A stretch of DNA of 64,000 nt, taken from positions 1,824,001 through 1,888,000 of the forward strand of contig OY764159.1 of the NCBI GenBank assembly GCA_963668175.1, in the 5' to 3' direction. This document shows positions 20,356-30,761 of this stretch, piece after piece. Position numbers and translations under genes: made by a program. The notes below the pieces were generated by a model. That model did not search any database. It was given only the letters and a program-made list of their open reading frames with translations, and was not told the DNA's origin. Position 1 is the stretch's first letter; each line of letters begins with the position of its first letter. This DNA comes from Syntrophales bacterium. GTDB lineage: Bacteria > Desulfobacterota > Syntrophia > Syntrophales > PHBD01.

Positions 20356-23300
20356 CTAATTCCTGTCCAGGATCTCCCGAAGGACCCCGGCGAGATTCTT
20401 CATGAAGAGGGGCTTGATGAGGAGTTTCCGAATGCCCAGCCTTTCGGCCTCCTTCTCGTCGATCAATTCGCTGAATCCCGTACAGATGATGATGGGCATG
20501 TCGGGCCTTATCCGGCGGATCTCGCGCGAAAGCTCGGCCCCGGTCATATTGGGCATGGTCATGTCGGTGATCACCAGGTCGAACCGGAAAGGTTCCGCGG
20601 CGAAGGCGCTCAAGGCCTCGAGACTGCTCGTTTTGGCGACGACATCATATCCGAGCGTTTGCAGCATGTCCCGGCCGATGGCGACGAGGACCTCCTCGTC
20701 GTCGACGAAAAGGATGCGTTCGCTGCCCGACGGCATGGGCGTTTCCTCGACGACATGCCCCGTTGCGATTTCCGGCTGCATCGGCAGATAAACCTTGAAG
20801 ATCGTACCTTTCTGCGGTTCGCTGTAAACCGTGATCGTTCCGCCGTGGCTCTCCACGATGCCGTACACGACGGAAAGGCCCAGTCCCGTTCCTTCCCCGA
20901 CCTTTTTCGTCGTGAAGAAGGGGTCGAAGATGCGGTCGATGATCGCCGGGTCGATGCCGCACCCCGTATCGCTGACGCTCAGCCGCGCGTAAGAGCCGGG
21001 TTTCAGGTTGACCTTATGCGACAGGGGCATCTCGGCGTCGTAATCGACCCTTTCCAGCGTAACCTTCAGGATGCCGCCCCTCTCGCGCATGGCGTGGGCC
21101 GCGTTGCTGCACAGGTTCATCAGGATCTGGTGGATCTGAGTGGGGTCCGCGACGACCGTATGCCGGACCGGCGGGATGTCGGTCAGGATGCTGACGGTCG
21201 AGGGAATGGACGACCGCAGCAACTTGAGGGCCTCCTTGACGATGAGGCCGATGTCGATGGGTCTTCTTTCCTGGTCCTGCTGGTGGCTGAAGGCGAGTAT
21301 CTGGTTGACGAGGTCTTTCGCCCGGCCGCACGCCTTGAGAACCTGTTCCAGGCGCCGCGTCACGGCCGCATCCTTGTATCCGTACAGGAGCATTTCGGTA
21401 TGGCCGATGACGGCGCTCAAGATGTTATTGAAGTCGTGGGCGATGCCGCCGGCGAGCGTGCCGATGGCTTCCATCTTCTGGGTCTGGCGGAGGCTCTTTT
21501 CGGTCTTGCGCAGGGTCTCCTCGGTACGCTTCCGTTCGAGGGCGTTCACGAAGATCGTGCCGACGATCTTGAGCACGTCGATGATCTCGCCGGACCACGC
21601 CTTTTCCTCCCGGACGGAATCCAGGCCGAGATAACCGACCAGGGAACCCCTTGATACCATGGGGATCTTGACCAGGGACCGGATGTCGTAAGCCGCCAGG
21701 AACGTCTTTTCGTGCTGAAATTTGTCGGAGAGGTCGGCCGCGCGGGGGATGTGGATGACTTCGTGCCCCTTGATTTCCGCGGCATAGTCCGGGAAAAGTT
21801 CCGATATGCCGCGGTCGCGGCAATCCCTTGCCTGCGGCGCGATGCCTTCCGCGCACCACTCGCAGGCGTCGGCGATCTTCCCCGTGTCGCCGGAAAGGAG
21901 GAACAGGTTGATCCTGTCCACGCCGGTGTGCCTTCCGATCATCTGCAGGGCCTCATGAATGCCGCTGTCGATCTCATCGGGCGCGAGATTGATGAAGTTG
22001 CTGGAAATGGAGGATATGAGTTTTTCCAGTTGCATCACCTGGTGCAGGGCCGCCTCCGCCGTTTTCAGTTCGGTGATTTCCCGTCCGACCGACTGGAATT
22101 CGACGACCATGCCGTCGCCGTCCAGGATAGCCCTGTCCGTCCATTGCAGCCAGTGGACGCCGTCCCCTTTGCGTATTTGACATTCCCTGGTCTGCCCCGG
22201 ACGTTCCGGGTCGAAGCGGGTAATGCGCTGATGGAACGCGTCCCGGGTCTCCGGGACGATGTCCATTATATTGAGACCGATGACGTTCTCCTGTTCTATT
22301 CCAAAGTACCGGCAGCAGGCGGCGTTGGCAAAGGTCACCGTTCCGTTCAGCAGGTACCGGCAGATGAATTCCGTTTGATCCTCGACAACGGCCCGGTATC
22401 GCGCCTCGTTTGCTTCGTCCTTGAATTTTTCCAGTTCTTCGAGCTTCTCCAGCATGCCGTTGATGTCGTAGGCCAGATGCGACAATTCGTCGCTGCCGGC
22501 GGCGGAGACGCGTTTGGAAAATTGGCTGGCCGTGGCGACGTCTTTGACGTCCGTGCTCAGTTTGGCCAGCCTCTGAGAGACGAACCTGTCCACGAAGAGG
22601 ACGGCGGCAAGCGTAAAGAACACGGCGATGACGATCAGCGATATGAAGAGGTAGTGAACGGTGGTCCGGCTCTGCTTGTACACCGCCCTCGGCTGGTCCA
22701 CGCGCAGTATCAGGGCGGGTCTTCCGTAAATGTCCCGGATCAGGGCATATCCCGCAATAATATTCTTGCTCAGGCGTTTGATGTCCACCGAAGTCGACGC
22801 CGAAAAGGAAGATACCACCTCCCGGATGTCGGGAGGCATCTGTGCGTCGCCGATGGGGTGAACCACGAGGGACAGCCTGGTAATCCGGGCGAACTGCCTT
22901 ATTTTGAAATGATCCAGGCTGGTTGCCATGATAAGCGTGCCGCGGACGGGGCCCGTCATGTCGCTCGTCAGAATCGGTCTTGCGGAAACGAGCATGGGGC
23001 CGTCGGGAAGCATCATGACGCCGCTTATGCCCTTCTCCGGGCTGTCGTGTTTGGTAAGCAACCTGTCGGATGCCATCTTTTCCTGCAAATCGCCGGGAAA
23101 GGGAATCTCGCCCCCGTTCTTGAGATCGTAGCTCTTGCCGAAGACGATCCTGCGGTTTGTATCGACGAACAAAACATAATTCACGCGCAGCTTGGTCATG
23201 GCCGACTCGCGGAGATTGTCCCGGATATACGCTTTAGAACCGCTCCGAACAAAGGCATACGCGTCGTCCGAAAAGGCGAAGTCGCGCGCCGTATCGTCGA

Positions 23301-23478
23301 GCACGGCCATCTCGTTGTCGATGATGTTGAGCGCCCTTTCGACGTCCCTGCGGATTTCCTTGTCTTCGATATCGGTGAACCCTTCGCTCGTGATGGTCAG
23401 GGAGATGACCAGCAGGCAGGCGATGAGGCAGGCGAAGGCGATAGCGATGAAGAGGGACGTTTTTTTACGAAGGGTCAT
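20356..23478 (-). CDS. Membrane hybrid histidine kinase (CHASE4-HAMP-PAS-GAF-HisKA-HATPase-REC)
   Basis: Two TM helices flanking a CHASE4-like domain (DFAFSDDAYAFV), SDELSHLAYDINGML, GGIAHDFNNIL, FDPFFTTKKVGEGTGLGL, C-terminal ILFVDDE...TDMTMP. Confidence 0.88.
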   Translation of the reverse strand: MTLRKKTSLFIAIAFACLIACLLVISLTITSEGFTDIEDKEIRRDVERALNIIDNEMAVLDDTARDFAFSDDAYAFVRSGSKAYIRDNLRESAMTKLRVNYVLFVDTNRRIVFGKSYDLKNGGEIPFPGDLQEKMASDRLLTKHDSPEKGISGVMMLPDGPMLVSARPILTSDMTGPVRGTLIMATSLDHFKIRQFARITRLSLVVHPIGDAQMPPDIREVVSSFSASTSVDIKRLSKNIIAGYALIRDIYGRPALILRVDQPRAVYKQSRTTVHYLFISLIVIAVFFTLAAVLFVDRFVSQRLAKLSTDVKDVATASQFSKRVSAAGSDELSHLAYDINGMLEKLEELEKFKDEANEARYRAVVEDQTEFICRYLLNGTVTFANAACCRYFGIEQENVIGLNIMDIVPETRDAFHQRITRFDPERPGQTRECQIRKGDGVHWLQWTDRAILDGDGMVVEFQSVGREITELKTAEAALHQVMQLEKLISSISSNFINLAPDEIDSGIHEALQMIGRHTGVDRINLFLLSGDTGKIADACEWCAEGIAPQARDCRDRGISELFPDYAAEIKGHEVIHIPRAADLSDKFQHEKTFLAAYDIRSLVKIPMVSRGSLVGYLGLDSVREEKAWSGEIIDVLKIVGTIFVNALERKRTEETLRKTEKSLRQTQKMEAIGTLAGGIAHDFNNILSAVIGHTEMLLYGYKDAAVTRRLEQVLKACGRAKDLVNQILAFSHQQDQERRPIDIGLIVKEALKLLRSSIPSTVSILTDIPPVRHTVVADPTQIHQILMNLCSNAAHAMRERGGILKVTLERVDYDAEMPLSHKVNLKPGSYARLSVSDTGCGIDPAIIDRIFDPFFTTKKVGEGTGLGLSVVYGIVESHGGTITVYSEPQKGTIFKVYLPMQPEIATGHVVEETPMPSGSERILFVDDEEVLVAIGRDMLQTLGYDVVAKTSSLEALSAFAAEPFRFDLVITDMTMPNMTGAELSREIRRIRPDMPIIICTGFSELIDEKEAERLGIRKLLIKPLFMKNLAGVLREILDRN

Positions 23479-23508
23479 GGTTAAGATATTCTGCCTTATG
23501 CATGCCGT

Positions 23509-24321
23509 CTAATCGCGAGGAACGAAGCCCTGGGACTTGACGATTTTCTGTCCTTCGGCGCTGAGGATGAACTTTATGAAATCCCCCGCAATCCCCGCGG
23601 GCTGTCCGTCGGTGAACATGAAGAGGGGCCGGGCGACGGGATATTGTCCCGATTTGGCCGTTCCGGGCGTAGCCTCGAAGCCGTTTACTTTGATGGCCCG
23701 TACGGACTTCTTCAGGTAACCGATACCGATGTAGCCTATGGCATACCGGTTCTTGGAAACGGCCTGGACGACCGCGCCGTTCGATTCCTGCGTCTGGGCC
23801 CGCGGCGTCGCCTGGGCGTTGTGCAGAATCTTTTCTTTCCATGTCTCGTAGGTGCCGGAGCTGGGGTCCCGGGTGACAAGGACGATACCCTTGTTCGGGC
23901 CTGCCAGCTGCTTCCAGTTGGTGATTTTGCCCTGGTAGACGAGGTTCAGCTGCTCGATCGTAAGATTCCTGACCGGGTTGTCCGGGTGGACGATCGGCAC
24001 GATCGCGTCGATGGCGATGAGATGCGGTACGAGGCGGACGCCTTTCCCTTTTGCCAGGTCCTTCTCCTCGCTCTTGAGGTCGCGGGACGAGTTGGCGATG
24101 TCGGTTGTCCTGTCGATCAGTTCCCTGATGCCGTCTCCCGAACCTGTGCCGGACACGGTGATCACAACGCCGGGATGTTTCTGCATGTAACTTAGGCCCG
24201 CCGCCTGGGCGATGGGGAGTACCGTCGTCGATCCCTTGACGACGAGGGTGTCCGCCGCGAGGGCGGGGGACACACAGCAGGAGATAAGAGCGGCTATCGA
24301 TATTCTGATGAAGTTTTCCAT
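23509..24321 (-). CDS. pstS: Phosphate-binding periplasmic protein (PstS family)
   Basis: Signal peptide, KGSTTVLP, GTGSGDG, DIANSSR, RDPSSGTYE, YPVARPLFM; ATG 24321 follows GAGGAGG. Confidence 0.9.
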   Translation of the reverse strand: MENFIRISIAALISCCVSPALAADTLVVKGSTTVLPIAQAAGLSYMQKHPGVVITVSGTGSGDGIRELIDRTTDIANSSRDLKSEEKDLAKGKGVRLVPHLIAIDAIVPIVHPDNPVRNLTIEQLNLVYQGKITNWKQLAGPNKGIVLVTRDPSSGTYETWKEKILHNAQATPRAQTQESNGAVVQAVSKNRYAIGYIGIGYLKKSVRAIKVNGFEATPGTAKSGQYPVARPLFMFTDGQPAGIAGDFIKFILSAEGQKIVKSQGFVPRD

Positions 24322-24493
24322 TCCTTTATAGCCTCCTCGAGAAGAAGTGACTATATATACGCCTTGCGGCGACAACGACCGGACAGCCCCACCGGGCGTC
24401 CGTTCCTTCCGGAGATTGTTCCGGGAATTCCTGAGCCGGGACGGACCATACGGATATTTTTACCCGGATGACGGCACACCGTACCACTGCTTG

Positions 24494-24533
24494 TTTACAG
24501 TTTTGTGACGAAACGATGAAACTTTGATGAAAA
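24494..24533 (-). promoter_or_regulatory. Pho-box array (4 units, 11-bp period) upstream of pstS
   Basis: Minus strand reads TTTTCAT-CAAA-GTTTCAT-CGTT-TCGTCAC-AAAA-CTGTAAA. Confidence 0.7.
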
Positions 24534-24710
24534 TATCGGGTTTCCGGTATTTCCGCCGAGGAGACGTCCATTCTTGGTCTTGCCCCGATCGCGGCACTTT
24601 CGGCATCCGGCCGAACGGGACGCCGTGAAACCGAGAGATCGGATGATACCGTCCGAGCCAGGAACATATGGCATATTAACCGCCGGACGGTCGTAAATTC
24701 GTCTTGTCAA

Positions 24711-24739
24711 ATTTCATGAAATTGTCATAAGATCGTCAC
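24711..24739 (+). promoter_or_regulatory. Pho-box array (3 units, 11-bp period) facing the PilZ gene
   Basis: ATTTCAT-GAAA-TTGTCAT-AAGA-TCGTCAC. Confidence 0.65.
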
Positions 24740-24980
24740 AATTTTCGTGTATGTCAGGCCATACCTTCGGGGAGGCCGGAGATGCGCGGGGAATGTGGTT
24801 GTAAGCGTCATACCTGAACACTTCTTTACGGATTGCCCACCTCGTGTTTGCAGCCGGAATGTGAGTTATGGTAAGGGAGCGCCGGCTGTTCCACATCTTG
24901 TCCCGGCGGCGGCCGGTTTGGAGCCGCGGAACACAATTTGCAATCAAAAAATCGAGTCTTTTGGAAGGTACCTGTACGTC

Positions 24981-25649
24981 ATGGAAGAACTGAAGCCGGG
25001 AATGGCTGTCCATATGGTCCTGGAGCTATCGGACCCCAATCGTGTCATGAAGACCGTTGTGTACGATATCATGGGGAAAAAGATCATCCTCGCCCAGACA
25101 TCGCCGCCTCTCCTGCGGTCCCACCTCGGGGAGGCCGTCAGGGTATCCTTTATCTTCAAGCTTAAGGGCATCAAGGACGTCCGTCTCGCGTTCAGCGGGA
25201 ATATCGTGGCCTTCATGCCCGATTACAAGATGTCCTTCGACCAGGTCGTGCCGGCGATCGTTGTGGACCGGAAGTCGGAACTGGAGGAGATCGACCGCAG
25301 GATGTTCTACCGCATCACGCCCCCCCTCAACAGCGCCATGACCGTCATGATGGGGAACGCGAAAATGAACGTCGTCGATATTTCCCTGGGAGGCGCCAAG
25401 TTTACGCACGCCATGGAGCGCGAATTCCTGCCCGGCGAAGAGATCGATTTGACCGTTACCCTGGATAACCGGCGTTTCGGCATCAAGGCGCGCGTTGTCC
25501 GCGCCGAAAAAAAATTCGACGCCGTCAGGGCAAAGAGATACTATACGGTCAGCGTGCAGTTCGAAAACAATAGCCAGGAGTTCGGGCGCGCCCTGGCGAT
25601 GAAGATCATGATGATGGAAAGGCAGCGCCTGGTCGCAGGCAAGTATTAG
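24981..25649 (+). CDS. PilZ-domain (YcgR-like) c-di-GMP binding protein
   Basis: RRMFYR (RxxxR) and DISLGG (DxSxxG) motifs in the C-terminal domain. Confidence 0.82.
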   Translation: MEELKPGMAVHMVLELSDPNRVMKTVVYDIMGKKIILAQTSPPLLRSHLGEAVRVSFIFKLKGIKDVRLAFSGNIVAFMPDYKMSFDQVVPAIVVDRKSELEEIDRRMFYRITPPLNSAMTVMMGNAKMNVVDISLGGAKFTHAMEREFLPGEEIDLTVTLDNRRFGIKARVVRAEKKFDAVRAKRYYTVSVQFENNSQEFGRALAMKIMMMERQRLVAGKY

Positions 25650-25995
25650 CCTTCCGCCGTCTTGCCTCCTCAATCGGCGAATTCTAAGCCCATGATCGTG
25701 AGAGAAAGAGCGAACGGTCTCCGGCATCCCCCGCCGATCTTCCCCCGGCAGGCGTTTTTTCCGGTCGCCGCAGGTCTGCCGCAGGCCTCCGTCGCCGCGG
25801 ACAATCCCCGGAGAAAGGAATGCACCCCCCCCTGGGTCCCGGCCTGAAAATTTAAGGGCAAGGGTTACCCGTGGGAAATACTTCAAGTATCGGGGAACGT
25901 CCCTGTTTAATGAGGAAACATACAGAAAATATAGCATTGATTTTGCATGCCGTTGGTTCATAATGTCAAAGGAAGGAATCGGTGGAGGTTACTGC

Positions 25996-27393
25996 ATGCC
26001 CAAATCGACGTATCTCGCTAAACTGCAAAAGCTCGGAGATGAATTTATATATGCATTGATCGACAATCCCTACGAATGCCCGATCGTCGTCGACGAGCGG
26101 GGGATCATTTGTTTCATGAGCCGTTTCAGCAAGAAACTCATAGGAATCAACCCGAATGACGCCGTGGGCAAACACATCAAGGACGTTATCAGCGAAACGC
26201 ATCTTCACGAAATACTGGAAGACGGCAAGGCGCGTATAGCGGACCTTCTCTATATTGCGGGAAAGCAGCAGATCATCTCCCGGATCCCGCTCAAGGACCT
26301 TCACGGGCGCGTCATCGGCGCCGTCGGCAAGGGCGTTTTCAACGAGGCGTTGAAGATTTCCGATCTCAGCAAGAGGATTGAACTTTTGAACGGGCAGGTC
26401 CAGTACTATCAGAACCAGGTGTCGAGCCTCAAGGGCGGTTCCTCGATTGTCGGCAATTCCGACGCCATCAGGGATGTCAAGGAAAGCTCCCTGCTGGCGG
26501 CCAGGAGCAAGTCATCGGTTTTAATTACAGGGGATTCAGGAACGGGTAAGGAGGTCCTGGCGCAGTTCATCCATCAGAACAGCGACCGTGCCAATGGGCC
26601 GTTCATCCGGGTCAACTGCGCGTCCATACCCCAGGAACTGTTCGAAAGCGAGCTTTTCGGCTACGAGAGCGGGGCTTTCACCGGGGCCCGCTCACAGGGA
26701 AAAGCGGGGAAATTCGAACTGGCCAACGGGGGAACCATTCTTCTCGACGAGATCGGCGAAATGCCCCTTGCCATGCAGGTCAAACTCCTGCGCGTCCTCC
26801 AGGAACGGACCATCGACCGTCTGGGCGGGACAAAGGCGATTCCCGTGGATTTCAGGCTTATTGCGGCCACCAACAGGAATCTGCGGTTGATGGTCAAGGA
26901 AGGGACTTTCCGGATGGACCTCTATTACCGGATCAACATCTTTCATATCCACGCCCCCAGCCTGAGATCGATCCCGGAGGACATTCCCTTTCTGGTCAAC
27001 CATCTTGTGTCCATATTAAAGGAAGAGCTGGGCTACGGCGGGAGCGGCATTTCGCCGGAGGCGGTGGCTTTGCTCCAGCGCTACAGCTGGCCGGGAAACG
27101 TCCGGGAATTGAGAAACGTCCTGGAGCGGACCATGATCGTGGCGAAGGACAGGGTCATCCAGGTACAGGACCTTCCTGAACGCGTGCGGCTGAGCCATTA
27201 CGAGAAATATATCCCCTCGAAAGTAGGGAATCTCCGACATATCCTGGTCGAAACGGAAAAACAGGTGATCTCCGAAGCCCTTCGCATGGCCGGAGGCAAC
27301 AAGGCGAAAGCGGCCAAGATTTTGGGCATCCACAGGACGTCTCTGTATGAAAAGATGCAGCATTTCGGGCATAAAACCGAGAAAGACGACTAG
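25996..27393 (+). CDS. Sigma54-dependent transcriptional activator (PAS-AAA+-Fis HTH)
   Basis: [63 protein letters not shown] follows GGAGG. Confidence 0.93.
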   Translation: MPKSTYLAKLQKLGDEFIYALIDNPYECPIVVDERGIICFMSRFSKKLIGINPNDAVGKHIKDVISETHLHEILEDGKARIADLLYIAGKQQIISRIPLKDLHGRVIGAVGKGVFNEALKISDLSKRIELLNGQVQYYQNQVSSLKGGSSIVGNSDAIRDVKESSLLAARSKSSVLITGDSGTGKEVLAQFIHQNSDRANGPFIRVNCASIPQELFESELFGYESGAFTGARSQGKAGKFELANGGTILLDEIGEMPLAMQVKLLRVLQERTIDRLGGTKAIPVDFRLIAATNRNLRLMVKEGTFRMDLYYRINIFHIHAPSLRSIPEDIPFLVNHLVSILKEELGYGGSGISPEAVALLQRYSWPGNVRELRNVLERTMIVAKDRVIQVQDLPERVRLSHYEKYIPSKVGNLRHILVETEKQVISEALRMAGGNKAKAAKILGIHRTSLYEKMQHFGHKTEKDD

Positions 27394-27412
27394 GGAAGGG
27401 GTTCCCTACCGG

Positions 27413-27527
27413 TGTCGGAAATACCTACATGTAGTGTAAGCCATACATTTGTAAATATGCTAATTATTTTAATGCTTTTCTTTTTTGCTGCATCCTTGAA
27501 AAGTGAGTGTGTCGGATAATCCAGACA
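27413..27527. promoter_or_regulatory. Upstream activator sites for the glutarate operon
   Basis: TGTCGGAAATACCTACA (27413), TGTAGTGTAAGCCATACA (27430), TGTCGGATAATCCAGACA (27510). Confidence 0.55.
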
Positions 27528-27584
27528 CGCCCTTTCCCGGGTCTCCAAGGACATTCCTCCTATTAATTAGAAATAATCACCTAA

Positions 27585-27597
27585 AATCAAATCGTTG
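27585..27597 (+). promoter_or_regulatory. IHF binding site
   Basis: AATCAA-ATCG-TTG matches WATCAANNNNTTR exactly; preceded by an AT tract; lies between the UAS and the sigma54 promoter. Confidence 0.65.
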
Positions 27598-27613
27598 TGG
27601 CGACGACGGCCTT

Positions 27614-27629
27614 TGGTCCGGCCTTTGCT
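27614..27629 (+). promoter_or_regulatory. Sigma54 promoter of the gct-acd-gcd operon
   Basis: TGGTCCG-GCCT-TTGCT with correct spacing, about 40 bp upstream of gctA. Confidence 0.7.
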
Positions 27630-27671
27630 ATGATCCTCATAGCACCAAGAACCCGATCAAAGGAGTCATTT

Positions 27672-28649
27672 ATGGATGTTCGTCAAGACAAAGTCATGAC
27701 CTTGGAGGCGGCTGTAAAAAAGTATGTCTCCAACGGCAGCCACATTTCGATTGGGGGATTCACGGTCAACCGAAATCCCATGGCCGCGGTTTATGAGATT
27801 ATCCGCCAGGGTATCAAAAATCTTCATGTGTATGCCCACTCCAACGGCACCGGTGTCGATGAACTGGTCGGCGGAGGCTGCGTAGGCAAGATTGAGATCG
27901 CTTACGGCGGAAACGGGAGGGCTGCCCCTACCTGTATCCGTTTCAAGAAAGCCATTCAGGAAGGTACGATCCTCCATGAGGACTATTCGAATTATCAAAT
28001 GAGCCTGCGGTTCCACGCGGGTGCCATGGGCATCCCCTTTCTTCCCACCCGGTCTTCCTTAGGAACAGATATCGTCAACAAATGGGGTTTTTCAAAGGAT
28101 ATGCGCAGCGCCGATCCCAAGATCCCCGACGAGAAGCTGGTCGTTCTGGATAATCCCTTTAAAGGGTGGTGCGATTGCCGGAAGGTCGTCCTGGTTCCCG
28201 CCATCAATCCCGACGTTACGATTATTCACGTTCAGAAAGCCGACCGCCAGGGGACCTGCCGGATTCTGGGTTTGACTTTCTGCGATGTCGATCAGGCGAA
28301 GGCCGCCAGGAACGTCATCGTAACCTGCGAGGAACTGGTTGAATCGAGCGAACTCAGAAAGGATCCCGAGTACAACCAGATCCCCTTCATCCATGTGTCC
28401 GCCGTTGTTCAGGTTCCTTACGGCGCCTACCCCTCGTCATGCTTCCGCTACTACGACTACGATCCCACCCAGCTGAGCACGTTTGCGAAGGCCGCCAAGG
28501 ATGACGCGCTCTTCAAGGACTACGTCCAGAAATACGTGTACGACGCGGGAAGCCACCAGGGACTCTTGGATATGGTGGGCAAGGAACGGATAGCGAAAAT
28601 CAAGGCCGATCCCAGAACGGGTTATGCAACGGGTCTGGACAGGAAATAA
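27672..28649 (+). CDS. gctA: Glutaconate/glutarate CoA-transferase subunit A
   Basis: KVMTLEAAV, GGFTVNRNPMAAVYEIIRQ, EDYSNYQMSLRFHAGAMG; paired with a B subunit and gcd genes. Confidence 0.85.
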   Translation: MDVRQDKVMTLEAAVKKYVSNGSHISIGGFTVNRNPMAAVYEIIRQGIKNLHVYAHSNGTGVDELVGGGCVGKIEIAYGGNGRAAPTCIRFKKAIQEGTILHEDYSNYQMSLRFHAGAMGIPFLPTRSSLGTDIVNKWGFSKDMRSADPKIPDEKLVVLDNPFKGWCDCRKVVLVPAINPDVTIIHVQKADRQGTCRILGLTFCDVDQAKAARNVIVTCEELVESSELRKDPEYNQIPFIHVSAVVQVPYGAYPSSCFRYYDYDPTQLSTFAKAAKDDALFKDYVQKYVYDAGSHQGLLDMVGKERIAKIKADPRTGYATGLDRK

Positions 28650-28660
28650 CAGGAGGCGAC

Positions 28661-29422
28661 ATGGATTACACATTAAGAGAACTAATGGCTATCAGTGCAG
28701 CCAGGGAAATAAGCAACGGGGATATCGTATTCTGCGGAACGGGTATTTCCATGGTCGCCGCCATGGCGGCAAAACATCTGAATGCCCCCGAGAGCATCAT
28801 CTTCTTTGAAACGGGAGCGATCGATTCGTCCCTGGAAGAGATTCCGATGGCGGTGGCCGACCCCCGCGTGATGTATCTGGCCGCGTCGAACGGCGGGCTT
28901 CTGGAATCGTTCGCGACCATGCAGAACCAGATCACGGGCAGCCGGGTCACCGGTATCCTGGGCGCGGCCCAGATCGACAAGTTCGGCAACCTGAACTCGA
29001 CGTGCATCGGCGACTACTTCCGGCCCAAGATCCGTTTTTCGGGCAGCGGCGGCGCCTGCGATGTCGCCTCGTACGTGTCGCGGTGCATCATCTTCATGCA
29101 GCACGAAAAAAAGAAGTTCCCCAAGAAGGTCGATTATCTGACCAGCCCCGGTTACCTCGACGGTCCCGGCGCCAGGGAAAAGGCCGGCCTCATTCCCGGC
29201 GGTCCCACGGCCGTCGTTACGAACATGGCCGTCATGCGGTTCGACGACAAGACGAAGGAAATGTATCTGTCCAAGTACTATCCGGGGATCACGCCGGAGA
29301 AGATTCTCGAGAACATGGAATTTGACGTGGATGTTTCCAGGGCCACGGAGCAGACGCCCCCGACGGCGGAGGAACTGCGTACCCTGAGGGAGAAGGTCGA
29401 CCCCCAGCGGATCATTCTGTAA
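28661..29422 (+). CDS. gctB: Glutaconate/glutarate CoA-transferase subunit B
   Basis: VFCGTG, FETGA (catalytic Glu), GAAQIDKFGNLNST, GSGGACD. Confidence 0.85.
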   Translation: MDYTLRELMAISAAREISNGDIVFCGTGISMVAAMAAKHLNAPESIIFFETGAIDSSLEEIPMAVADPRVMYLAASNGGLLESFATMQNQITGSRVTGILGAAQIDKFGNLNSTCIGDYFRPKIRFSGSGGACDVASYVSRCIIFMQHEKKKFPKKVDYLTSPGYLDGPGAREKAGLIPGGPTAVVTNMAVMRFDDKTKEMYLSKYYPGITPEKILENMEFDVDVSRATEQTPPTAEELRTLREKVDPQRIIL

Positions 29423-29540
29423 CAACGGGATATCCCCGGCCGCATGCCGGCTGAACAGGCATGTGCAGGCCTGCTGCCGCCGGGCCGGAGTATCTGAGAA
29501 TAAATGTTTCAAACTAACATATTGAATCAGGAGAAATGAG

Positions 29541-30701
29541 ATGAATTTTGAACTTTCGGATGAATTGAACATGTTGAGGACCACGGTAAGGGATTTTGCC
29601 GCGGAACGTATTGCCCCCTTCGCGGACGAGTGGGACGAGAAACATTATTTCCCTCACAAGGAAGTCGTGAAGGATATGGGGGAACTGGGATTCTTCGGTA
29701 CCGTCATTCCCGAGAAGTACGGCGGAAACGAAATGGGCTGGCTGGCCGCCATGATCATCACCGAGGAGATCGCCCGGGCCTCGAGTTCCTTGAGGGTGCA
29801 GGTCAATATGCTGGAGCTCGGATGCGCCTATACGATTCTCCGTTACGGTACGGAAGCCGCCAAGGATAAATACATCGCGAAGCTGGTCAATGCGGAGTAC
29901 CTGGGATCTTTCGGCATCACCGAACCGCAGGCCGGGTCGGACATCATGGCCATCAAGTCGACCGCCGAGGATAAAGGCGATCACTGGCTTCTCAACGGGA
30001 CCAAGACCTGGATATCCAACGCCACGCTCGGCGACCTGACCATCTTCTATGCCTACACGGAAGTGGGGGGCAAGAAGGGCCTTTCCGCATTCGTCGTCGA
30101 ACTGAAGAATTTCAACGGCATCACGGTGACGGATCTGGATAAACTGGGATCCCGTTCATCGCCCACCGGCGAAATCATCCTCGAAAACACGAAGGTTCCC
30201 AAGGAGAACATCCTGGGCAAACCGGGCGACGGTACGAAGATCGTCTTCGGGTCATTGGCCCAGACGAGGCTTTCCGCAGCCGCCGGCGGCATCGGACTGG
30301 CCCAGGCTTGTCTTGACGCCGTAACGAAATACGCCATGGAGCGCGAGCAGTTCGGGAAACCCATCGGCCATTTCCAGATGAACCAGGATCTGATCGCCCA
30401 GATGGTGATCGAGATCGAAGCGGCGAGACTGATGGTCTACAAGGCGGCCTGGCAGAAGGACCAGGGCGATATCGGCAACAACCTCGAAGTGGCCCAGGCC
30501 AAGTATCTTGCCGGCGAACTCGCTTACAAGTGCTCGCAGTACGCCATGAGGATCCTCGGCGCCTACGGTTATTCGACGGAATACCCCGTTGCGCGTTACT
30601 TCCGGGATGCACCGACCTACGCCATGGTGGAAGGTTCGGCCAACATCTGCAAATTCATCGTCGCCCAGGACCAGTTGGGCATCAGGAAAGCAAACCGTTA
30701 A
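29541..30701 (+). CDS. acd: Glutaryl-CoA dehydrogenase, non-decarboxylating (glutaconyl-CoA forming)
   Basis: GWLAAMIITEEIARASSSLRVQVNM, FQMNQDLIAQM, RDAPTYAMVEGSANICK (Val before the catalytic Glu, as in the Desulfococcus-type enzyme); next to gcdA. Confidence 0.88.
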   Translation: MNFELSDELNMLRTTVRDFAAERIAPFADEWDEKHYFPHKEVVKDMGELGFFGTVIPEKYGGNEMGWLAAMIITEEIARASSSLRVQVNMLELGCAYTILRYGTEAAKDKYIAKLVNAEYLGSFGITEPQAGSDIMAIKSTAEDKGDHWLLNGTKTWISNATLGDLTIFYAYTEVGGKKGLSAFVVELKNFNGITVTDLDKLGSRSSPTGEIILENTKVPKENILGKPGDGTKIVFGSLAQTRLSAAAGGIGLAQACLDAVTKYAMEREQFGKPIGHFQMNQDLIAQMVIEIEAARLMVYKAAWQKDQGDIGNNLEVAQAKYLAGELAYKCSQYAMRILGAYGYSTEYPVARYFRDAPTYAMVEGSANICKFIVAQDQLGIRKANR

Positions 30702-30761
30702 TCGGCATGATGTTACATATTGCCGCACTGACGGCATGAAGAACAAAAGGAGCAAGGAATT

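Noticed and set aside
24669..24683. TGGCATATTAACCGC as a sigma54 promoter for the PilZ gene
   Set aside because: Poor -12 element (CCGC); the adjacent Pho-box array explains the region better.
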